A DNA stretch of 32,000 bases. It comes from Thermoprotei archaeon. Its GTDB lineage: Archaea > Thermoproteota > Thermoprotei > QMSL01 > B3-G16. The DNA lies in the NCBI GenBank assembly GCA_021162845.1, contig JAGGXX010000001.1:10624-42623 (forward strand). Direction: 5' to 3'. Shown here in pieces: positions 25,497-32,000 of this stretch. The first letter of the stretch is position 1. Every line of letters starts with the position of its first letter. The notes under the pieces are model-generated. The model did no database searches. It was not told the origin of the DNA and was given only the letters and a program-made list of their open reading frames with translations. A program made the translations under genes and the position numbers.

Positions 25497-25949
25497 GTGA
25501 GACAGGGATGCGGGTTTGCCTACGGGATACGCCTAATCCCCATTGAGGAGCTACTAGAGCACGAAGAAGTGATCGAGGAACACGTCCGGCTTTTGATAAA
25601 GCCCATCCTCAAGGATGACATGTTACATTACCCGATACTTGTTGAGATGAGACGTAAGGTAATCCTGGATGGGCATCATAGGTTCAATGCCCTTAAGAGG
25701 CTAGGAGCGGCCTACGTACCTGCTCTTCTGATCAACTATTCATCTCCAGCTATCAAAGTCCTTTCGTGGAGGCCTGAGGTTAAGGTTACAAAGGGGCTCG
25801 TGATACGTGCTGCATTATCGAGGAGAAAGCTACCTCCTAAGACGTCGCGGCATGTACTGATAGGCTATCGTGTACCCAAGGTGAACGTACCACTAAAGCG
25901 TTTACTTATTGAAAATAATCGTTTTCCTTATATTCAGGATAATGTATAA
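25497..25949 (+). CDS. Small ParB/sulfiredoxin-fold (ParB-like nuclease domain) protein
   Basis: IRLIPIEELLEHEEV ... VILDGHHRFNALKRLG matches the ParB/Srx-like DGHHR-type motif. Length is 150 aa. GTG start is preceded by AGAAAG-TATTTAT (about 25455-25465), a BRE/TATA-like element. Confidence 0.5.
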   Translation: MRQGCGFAYGIRLIPIEELLEHEEVIEEHVRLLIKPILKDDMLHYPILVEMRRKVILDGHHRFNALKRLGAAYVPALLINYSSPAIKVLSWRPEVKVTKGLVIRAALSRRKLPPKTSRHVLIGYRVPKVNVPLKRLLIENNRFPYIQDNV

Positions 25950-25952
25950 ATA
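25945..25952 (+). promoter_or_regulatory. TATA-like box (TATAAATA) for the PEP carboxylase gene
   Basis: It lies about 35-40 nt upstream of TTG 25986 and overlaps the TAA stop (25947-25949) of the ParB-like ORF. Confidence 0.5.
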
Positions 25953-25985
25953 CGTCAGATTGAATATTGCGTCAGGTGCCTGCAA

Positions 25986-27500
25986 TTGCCAAGGTATAAC
26001 GTCGTACCAGCCTTAATGGCGACACAGCACCCGGATAGTGCGACCAAATATTTTTCAGCTAGTGAGGAAGTCGAAGAGGCTGTACAGGACCTCGCCCCCC
26101 TTGAGCTCAATGGCTATGGATGCGATGAAAAGATGATAGATTATGAAGGCAAGCTGACCCCTTTCCTTCAGCCCAAATGGATCACGAGGCGCATGTATGA
26201 GTTATACCGTGAACGTCTCATCCCGGAAAAGGACTTCATCCTCACGATAAGAGCGCCTTCTGCTGATCTAGAAGCCATTGATAGGCAATTACTAGCATTA
26301 CTCTCTGGCATCTTAGCTAACATAGAGTCAGAGAGGCTTTACAACGCCCAAGTCGTTAAGTACATCATTCATCCCATGACGTCGAACGTCAGAAGCTTGA
26401 TAGCAGTTCAAAGGAGGCTCAATAAGCTACTAAACTTAGCCAGGGAGGAGCTCGGTCTGGCTAGGGAGGAGGACATAGATGTCATTCCCCTCATAGAGGA
26501 CGTGAGGATAATGTTTAATCTGGACGCATTCATTCACTGCTATAGGATAGGCCTCTCCAACATGCTAGGTCTCTACAAGGATTCCTTAAGGGTCCTGATA
26601 GGTAAGTCAGATGCGGCGCTGGCGTACGGGCACTTACCCTCAGTCCTCGGCATTAAGGTTTCCCTCTGGAAACTCCATGAACTCAGCGAGAAAGAAGGCA
26701 TTGCTATATACCCCATACTAGGCGCCGGTGCCCTACCCTTCAGGGGGCACCTATCACCGCTCAACGCCTCGAATTACGTGAAGGAATATGCGGGCTATCA
26801 TACGGTGACGCTTCAAAGCGGCTTTAGGTTCGACTTTCGGAAGGAGGATGTAATCAACGCCATACAGGTCCTCTCTACTCATGTAGGTGCGAGGCCCAAT
26901 GATCCGGGTGACATAGATAGGATCAGATCGATATCGAGGTTATTAACGGAGCGCTACTTAGAGGCCATACTCCCCTCGATGAAGTTAATATCGAAGATAG
27001 CCGATCTCATGCCTAGGCGTAGAGAGAGGCTAGGACGAGCCCTTTATGGGCGCAATCTAACCTCAGTAGCGCACTTCGTTAGCAACAGACTTCGGCATGT
27101 CCTAACTAGGACGCAGATCGTCCTACCTAGAGCCATAAGGTACACCGCGGCTCTTTACACGATGGGTATACCGCCTTCATTCATAGGGACGGGAAGGGGG
27201 TTAAGGGATCTAAAAAGCGATGCTGACCTCGTATTAGACGCTTATCCAAGCCTTCGGGATGACCTGAACTTCGATGCGCAGTTCCTATGTTTAGATATAG
27301 CACGAGAGTGCCTGCCCCCTAAAAGCTTCAAGCTCATAGAGGAGGATTGCACATACCTCTTTGACCTCTTCGGCATAACGGCCGCTCCTCTCCCTGAATA
27401 CCATGACGTGCTAATTGAAATACATAAAAGACTGTCCAAGGGACTCAGCATAGAGGGCCTAGTGACTAAGACTGGGCAAATACGTGGTTCTCTGGGTTAG
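25986..27500 (+). CDS. ppcA: Archaeal-type phosphoenolpyruvate carboxylase
   Basis: N-terminal VPALMATQHPDSA matches the archaeal PepcA IPRxMSTQHPDN signature. The 504-aa size is typical of the archaeal type. TTG start; ATG 26016 is an alternative. Confidence 0.85.
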   Translation: MPRYNVVPALMATQHPDSATKYFSASEEVEEAVQDLAPLELNGYGCDEKMIDYEGKLTPFLQPKWITRRMYELYRERLIPEKDFILTIRAPSADLEAIDRQLLALLSGILANIESERLYNAQVVKYIIHPMTSNVRSLIAVQRRLNKLLNLAREELGLAREEDIDVIPLIEDVRIMFNLDAFIHCYRIGLSNMLGLYKDSLRVLIGKSDAALAYGHLPSVLGIKVSLWKLHELSEKEGIAIYPILGAGALPFRGHLSPLNASNYVKEYAGYHTVTLQSGFRFDFRKEDVINAIQVLSTHVGARPNDPGDIDRIRSISRLLTERYLEAILPSMKLISKIADLMPRRRERLGRALYGRNLTSVAHFVSNRLRHVLTRTQIVLPRAIRYTAALYTMGIPPSFIGTGRGLRDLKSDADLVLDAYPSLRDDLNFDAQFLCLDIARECLPPKSFKLIEEDCTYLFDLFGITAAPLPEYHDVLIEIHKRLSKGLSIEGLVTKTGQIRGSLG

Positions 27501-27555
27501 CCTTTTTAGGCACTACGTGTTCTCCTTACTCAGGTCTTCTCATAAGGAGAGCTAC

Positions 27556-28491
27556 ATGGTGCTCTGTTCCTTGTGTGGGCGTGAACCCGCTGTAGCGAAG
27601 TTAAGATATGCTGGCGTAGTGCTCTGTCGTGAGTGCTTCTTACGTTACTTCGAAGAACGAGTGAGAAGGACGCTCGACAGCCTGGGCTTAACTCATGAGC
27701 TCTCGGGTAAGCTAGTAGCGGTTGCTACTTCTGGGGGTAAGGACAGTCTCAATACGCTTTTCCTCTTGAATAAGCTGAAAGAGGAGTATGATTACGATAT
27801 ACTTGCCATACTCATCGATGAGGGGATTTCCGGCTACAGGGAGTTTAAACGAAAGGCCCTAGAGGCTTTTTGCGATAAATTCAAGATATCGTTTAAGGTA
27901 GTTTCCATGCGTGATAGCCTCGGATATGATATCGATACCGTGGCCAAGCTCTCTTATGAAGGTAAAATAGATCTAAAGCCCTGTAGCGTCTGTGGCGTCT
28001 TCAGGAGATACCTGGTGAACCTCGAAGCTCTTAAAGCGGGAGTGGATTACATAGCTACGGGCCATAACTTAGACGACGAAGTACAAACTTTTATAATGAA
28101 CTTCATACGGGGGGATCTAGCGAGCATGGTGAGAGAGGGGCCGTTCCTACATGAGGACTTCCCCGGCTTCATCCCGCGCTTTAAGCCACTGTACTATGTG
28201 CCTGAGAAAGAATCTTTGATATATTTCATGCTTAACGGCCTGGAGACGCCTTATGTGGAATGCCCCTACGCTCCTCTCTCGATGAGGTACTATATACGTA
28301 ATCTAATTAATAGGATAGAGTATGCCAGTCCAGGGACTAAACTCCGCATTCTCTCCCTTAAGGAGCACCTTCGGACCATCAAGGGTAAAGTCCCCTCTCC
28401 TAGCTTAAGGAAATGCGAGATTTGTGGTATGCCAACGACGCGTAGAGTATGCAGAACTTGCGAGATACGGATGTTGCTCTCAAGAGTATAA
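27556..28491 (+). CDS. tRNA 2-thiolation PP-loop ATPase (TtuA/NcsA family)
   Basis: An N-terminal Zn finger (CSLCG...CRECF) is followed by the PP-loop VAVATSGGKDSL. Fe-S Cys are present (KPCSVCGVFRR and ECPYA), with a C-terminal Zn finger (CEICG...CRTCE). ATG 27556 lies 5 nt after AGGAGA; the ORF-track GTG 27484 adds an unlikely 24-aa extension. Confidence 0.8.
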   Translation: MVLCSLCGREPAVAKLRYAGVVLCRECFLRYFEERVRRTLDSLGLTHELSGKLVAVATSGGKDSLNTLFLLNKLKEEYDYDILAILIDEGISGYREFKRKALEAFCDKFKISFKVVSMRDSLGYDIDTVAKLSYEGKIDLKPCSVCGVFRRYLVNLEALKAGVDYIATGHNLDDEVQTFIMNFIRGDLASMVREGPFLHEDFPGFIPRFKPLYYVPEKESLIYFMLNGLETPYVECPYAPLSMRYYIRNLINRIEYASPGTKLRILSLKEHLRTIKGKVPSPSLRKCEICGMPTTRRVCRTCEIRMLLSRV

Positions 28492-28533
28492 CTCGCCATC
28501 CCTCAGAACCATCACTACGTGAACTACTTCATG

Positions 28534-28546
28534 GAAAGCTTATATA
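28534..28546 (+). promoter_or_regulatory. BRE/TATA promoter of the ferredoxin-AOR operon
   Basis: GAAAGC-TTATATA is a near-consensus crenarchaeal BRE+TATA. The predicted TSS near 28570 is upstream of ATG 28588. Confidence 0.55.
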
Positions 28547-28587
28547 GCCAGCAAGGCGTTAGGTCTACTGGTGGCTTATATGCGCCA

Positions 28588-29106
28588 ATGGCAAAGCGCC
28601 TGATAGCGGTAGACCCCTCTAAGTGTTCTGGTTGCAGATATTGTGAGCTATGGTGTTCGTTCGCGCATGAGGGCGTGTTTAGCCTCTCTCTTTCCCGTAT
28701 ATCGGTTGTCAAAGACGATAGGATGGGCATGGATTACCCAGTGGTCTGCAGAATGTGTTCCCCAGCACCGTGCATAAAGGCCTGTCCCCATAACGCCTTA
28801 GTACAGACCGAAGAGGGTATCATAAGGGTCATTGAGGAGAGATGCACTGGCTGTGGACGCTGTGTGAAGGCCTGTCCCTTCGGCGCGGTTAAGATGCATC
28901 CAGCTAAGGCCAAGCCGCTTATATGCGATCTATGTGGGGGCGGGGAGCCCGTATGCGTTCTAAAATGCCCTACTGGAGCCCTTAGGTTCTATCCAGTGGG
29001 TGAGGTGGGAGTAAGCGGTTCTGAGAGGGCTTTTGATAAGGCTTATACTTATGCTCTTAGCCAGTATAAGGCGCTTTTAAGGAGGTGGGGTATAAATGTT
29101 AAGTGA
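28588..29106 (+). CDS. Four-cluster [4Fe-4S] ferredoxin-type electron-transfer subunit
   Basis: It carries four Cys motifs: CSGCRYCELWC, CRMCSPAPCIKACP, CTGCGRCVKACP and CDLCGGGEPVCVLKCP. I start it at ATG 28588 (MAKRLIAVDPSKC) because the BRE/TATA lies inside the longer ORF from 28519. It overlaps the AOR start by 11 nt. Confidence 0.8.
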   Translation: MAKRLIAVDPSKCSGCRYCELWCSFAHEGVFSLSLSRISVVKDDRMGMDYPVVCRMCSPAPCIKACPHNALVQTEEGIIRVIEERCTGCGRCVKACPFGAVKMHPAKAKPLICDLCGGGEPVCVLKCPTGALRFYPVGEVGVSGSERAFDKAYTYALSQYKALLRRWGINVK

Positions 29107-31012
29107 GCTCTACGGTTATGCTGGAAGGATCTTAAGGGTGGATCTCTCCAAGCGTAGCGTAAAGATCGAAGAGCTGGACAGGAAGCTTATAAGGGGCTTC
29201 CTGGGTGGCAGAGGATTCAATGTAAAGAGGCTTTATGACGAGGTACCCAAGGGCGTAGATCCATTGAGCCCTGAGAATAAGCTCTTATTCGCCACAGGCC
29301 CCATAGCGGGTACCGGCTTTCCCATAGGGACGAGGCTTAACGTGACCGCGAAATCCCCTCAAACCGGGTTACTAGGCGATTCTAACGTCGGTGGTCACTT
29401 CGCCGCTGAGATGAAATATTGTGGCTTCGATCAGATAATACTTGAGGGTAAAAGCGATAGGCCGGTTTACGTATACGTGCATGATGGAAGCGTGGAGTTC
29501 ATGGATGCTCAGGGCTTATGGGGGCTGACGATATCCGAGGCTTATGATGCCATTCGAAAGGAACTGAGGGATTGGAGGGTTCAAATAGCCCTCATAGGGC
29601 CTGCTGCTGAGAACTACGTGAAGTTCGCAGGGATATTCTTTAACTTACATCGCCCTGCCGCGCGTACGGGCTTGGGCGCAGTGATGGCGTCTAAGAACGT
29701 CAAAGCCCTAGTCGTTAGGGGGGATGGCTACGTAGAAGTCGCGGAACCTGATGAATTCGAGGAGTTCGTTAGAGAGGTGGAGGAAGCAGTCTACAGCCAT
29801 GAGCAATATTGGCCTAGGAGGGTCATGGGGACTTCGAGGATATTAATGGCCGCTAATAGACTGGGGTTCCTGCCCGCCGATCACTTCACCAAGAGCGTCG
29901 TGGATTATGCTTACCAGGTCAGCGGAGAAAGACTTGCAGTGGAGTACAACGTCAAGAACCGTAGCTGTTTTTCGTGTATCCTGCCTTGTAGCAGGTTCTA
30001 CGTAATCAAGAGAGGCAAGTTCGCAGGCCTCTACGGTGAGGGACCGGAGTATGAGCCCTTGGCCGGCTTCACCGTAAGGATAGGGAATAGGGATCTAGAC
30101 GCCGCTCTTAAGGCCATCAGCATGGTGAATGATCTAGGTATGGACGCCATAACAACCAGCGAGGTGATATCGTGGGCTATGGAGCTCTATGAGAGAGGCC
30201 TTCTAGACGAAGGGGAGACTGGCGGGCTTAAGCTTAAATGGGGCGACATGGACACGGTGTTCGAATTAATAGACATGATAGCGTACAGGAGGGGGTTCGG
30301 GGACCTTCTAGCTGATGGGGTTGCTAAGGCCGCGAAAAAGCTCGGAAAAGGAGCTGAGATAGCCCTCCATGTAAAGGGCTTAGAGCTGATCCAGGCGGAT
30401 CCTCGGGGTCTTAAGGGATACGGCTTAGGGTTCGCCGTCGCATCCAGAGGGGCTGATCATCTACGATCGGAGCCTTTCATCGAGCTGAGTGATGATCCAA
30501 GGATAGGCCAACTCCTCTTCGGAGAAGCGGAAGCCACTATGAGGCTAGGCGTCCGAGGTAAGGGCAAGCTCGTGGCATATTACGAAAACTGGTGCGCTGT
30601 TGTAGACTCGCTCGAGGTATGTAAGAACATAGCTGAGAATATGGAAATCCTTCCGTTCGATAAAATGGCTAAGCTAATCGAAATAGTCGTAGGTATGAAG
30701 ACATGTGCAAGTGATATGATGCGCATTGGCGAAAGGATAGTGAACATCGAGAGAGCGTATATAGTCAGGCAGGGCGTTAGAAGAAGAGATGATGTCCTGC
30801 CTCGCAGATTCCTCAAGGAGCCTATAGCGGAGGGTCCCTCAATGGGTCATGTAATAGAGCTTGAGGTCATGCTGGACGAGTATTATAAGGAGCGTGGATG
30901 GGATCCGCAGACGGGCATACCTACCGCTGAGAAACTGCACGAGCTAGGGCTTCATGAAGTAGTAGAGGATCTAAGGAGGAACGGGGTGGAACTAAGACCT
31001 GCCTTAGACTGA
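29096..31012 (+). CDS. aor: Aldehyde:ferredoxin oxidoreductase family (tungstopterin enzyme)
   Basis: YGYAGRILRVDLS...GGRGF is the AOR N-terminal domain. Also present are GLGAVMASKN, the cluster region with CFSCILPC, and RGADHLRSEP. Length is 638 aa. The ATG follows GGAGGTGGGG. Confidence 0.9.
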   Translation: MLSELYGYAGRILRVDLSKRSVKIEELDRKLIRGFLGGRGFNVKRLYDEVPKGVDPLSPENKLLFATGPIAGTGFPIGTRLNVTAKSPQTGLLGDSNVGGHFAAEMKYCGFDQIILEGKSDRPVYVYVHDGSVEFMDAQGLWGLTISEAYDAIRKELRDWRVQIALIGPAAENYVKFAGIFFNLHRPAARTGLGAVMASKNVKALVVRGDGYVEVAEPDEFEEFVREVEEAVYSHEQYWPRRVMGTSRILMAANRLGFLPADHFTKSVVDYAYQVSGERLAVEYNVKNRSCFSCILPCSRFYVIKRGKFAGLYGEGPEYEPLAGFTVRIGNRDLDAALKAISMVNDLGMDAITTSEVISWAMELYERGLLDEGETGGLKLKWGDMDTVFELIDMIAYRRGFGDLLADGVAKAAKKLGKGAEIALHVKGLELIQADPRGLKGYGLGFAVASRGADHLRSEPFIELSDDPRIGQLLFGEAEATMRLGVRGKGKLVAYYENWCAVVDSLEVCKNIAENMEILPFDKMAKLIEIVVGMKTCASDMMRIGERIVNIERAYIVRQGVRRRDDVLPRRFLKEPIAEGPSMGHVIELEVMLDEYYKERGWDPQTGIPTAEKLHELGLHEVVEDLRRNGVELRPALD

Positions 31013-31070
31013 AGCGGGACACGATATATCAGAGGTATTATGATGATCGTGTTGAGCACTATGTTATGGG

Positions 31071-32000
31071 CTAGAGCGAGACGAAGTTGCCGTTTCCATA
31101 AAACGTCTGATTATAAAGCCTTCTCTTAGGCCTGTAGACCTCTCCTTTAGCCCTTTCCGCTTGGGTGTAGATCGTTAGGTAATATTCATCCCATACCAGG
31201 ACTTCATCCCTTGGGTCGTTCCCTACATCCCATACGAAGACCTTAGCACCCCATTTGCTCCTAGTATAGCTGTCTGGGAACTCGACCAATAGATTCCCAT
31301 AGCAGTCGTAGAGGCCCCGTGGGGACGCCAGAAGCTCCGTTCCATCTCCTATCCAATTAACTGGTACCCAACCGAAGACTTTCTCGAATGAGGCATGTAT
31401 TAGGTTTCCGTCCAAATCGAAGAGAAATTGATTAAGACCTCCCCAGTATGTCTGGGCGCATATCAAGCGTTCATTAACGCTTGGATCAAAACGGCCTAGC
31501 GAGAGGACCTGTGCATGTCCCAGATGATGCTCTTTAAGGACCTCGCCCCTTAAAGCATCTAGGAAATAGAAGCCCCCATTCTGATGGGCTAAGGCAAGGA
31601 TGAGCTTCCCCTTATGCTCATATACCACAGCGCTATCGCAGTGATCATATAGGTCGATAGTCCACAGCACCCTACCGCTGTCGTCTAGCAATGCATCGCC
31701 TGTGAAGACTTCATCCCTCCCATCACCATCGAAATCATAGACCAGTGGCGAGTGAATCAATTTCCCGCTATAGCTCCATAGTTCATCGAGATCCGCTGTA
31801 TAGGCCCATAGATTATTGTAGCGGTCCTTCAATATGAAATCTTTGCCCTCCCCTTGCCCCCTTAAGTTGCAGAATACTATGCAATCACCAGTTATTCTCT
31901 CGAACAATGTCTCGGGTCCCTCGCAATAGCCTCCTCCTTCACGTGATTTCGGGGTGGGCTTCCTCCTCACGATCTCTCCCGTAATCCCGTCGAGCACGAG
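31071..32000 (-). CDS. Beta-propeller repeat protein (FG-GAP-like; resembles PL11 rhamnogalacturonan-lyase-type propellers), N-terminus outside the window
   Basis: Repeated Asp/Gly calcium-loop-like motifs (YDFDGDGRDEVFTGD, DVGNDPRDEVLVWD) and LTIYTQ...YRPKRRLYNQTFY near the C-terminus. The reading frame is still open at base 32000. Confidence 0.5.
   Translation of the reverse strand, partial: LVLDGITGEIVRRKPTPKSREGGGYCEGPETLFERITGDCIVFCNLRGQGEGKDFILKDRYNNLWAYTADLDELWSYSGKLIHSPLVYDFDGDGRDEVFTGDALLDDSGRVLWTIDLYDHCDSAVVYEHKGKLILALAHQNGGFYFLDALRGEVLKEHHLGHAQVLSLGRFDPSVNERLICAQTYWGGLNQFLFDLDGNLIHASFEKVFGWVPVNWIGDGTELLASPRGLYDCYGNLLVEFPDSYTRSKWGAKVFVWDVGNDPRDEVLVWDEYYLTIYTQAERAKGEVYRPKRRLYNQTFYGNGNFVSL

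Noticed and set aside
27484-27555. GTG-initiated 24-aa N-terminal extension of the TtuA-like gene (MVLWVSLFRHYVFSLLRSSHKESY)
   Set aside because: It overlaps the ppcA 3' end. ATG 27556 has an AGGAGA element 5 nt upstream, and the family normally begins at the CxxC zinc finger.
31041-31047. C-box-like ATGATGA, plus a 7-bp inverted repeat (ACACGAT 31020-31026 with ATCGTGT 31047-31053), between AOR and the propeller gene; possible C/D-box sRNA
   Set aside because: No D box (CTGA) lies at an appropriate distance on either strand, and there are no C'/D' boxes. It is more likely a weak hairpin between convergent genes.
1-32000. Search for CRISPR repeats, transposase or integrase genes, tRNA genes, toxin-antitoxin pairs or defence-island signatures
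   Set aside because: None was found by eye. Every long ORF has a housekeeping or metabolic assignment or is a conserved-unknown protein. No regularly spaced repeats, terminal inverted repeats or tRNA-like GTTCRAATC boxes were noticed. A computational repeat or tRNA scan would be needed to be certain.

Overview
The window looks archaeal, probably a thermophilic Thermoproteota/Crenarchaeota-like genome, and is densely packed with housekeeping genes. Supporting signs are BRE/TATA-type promoters, a stand-alone 5S rRNA gene, archaeal DnaG, archaeal-type PEP carboxylase, split PurS/PurL/PurQ, and coding sequence visibly rich in ATA and AGG/AGA codons.

Gene content in order:
- 3' part of a family-B DNA polymerase, overlapping a DHH/DHHA1 (RecJ-like) gene, convergent with dnaG
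- UPF0173 hydrolase, tyrS and dnaG in a minus-strand string
- map
- A DUF1512-like gene plus a small Zn-ribbon membrane gene
- pcp
- 5S rRNA
- An AGOG/EndoIII-like protein with a Cys-rich tail
- sufS-like cysteine desulfurase
- A large purine-biosynthesis supercluster: purC, purF, a purF paralog, purD, purT, purS, purL, purQ on the plus strand; purB and purE on the minus strand; then purM on the plus strand. An HTH-phosphoribosyltransferase fusion gene sits divergently upstream of it.
- A small ParB/Srx-like protein, archaeal PEP carboxylase, a TtuA/NcsA-type tRNA thiolation enzyme, a four-cluster ferredoxin plus tungsten-type aldehyde:ferredoxin oxidoreductase, and a partial beta-propeller protein.

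I see no CRISPR array, transposase, integrase, toxin-antitoxin pair or recognisable defence system, so this reads as a core region rather than an accessory island. The observations most worth follow-up are all in or beside the pur cluster:
- The HTH-PRT candidate regulator.
- A tandem 23-bp TATA-containing repeat in the purC promoter.
- A purF paralog that has lost every glutaminase catalytic residue.
- Four TTGA (TTG start over TGA stop) gene junctions.

All functional calls come from motif recognition by eye. None has been confirmed by a database search.
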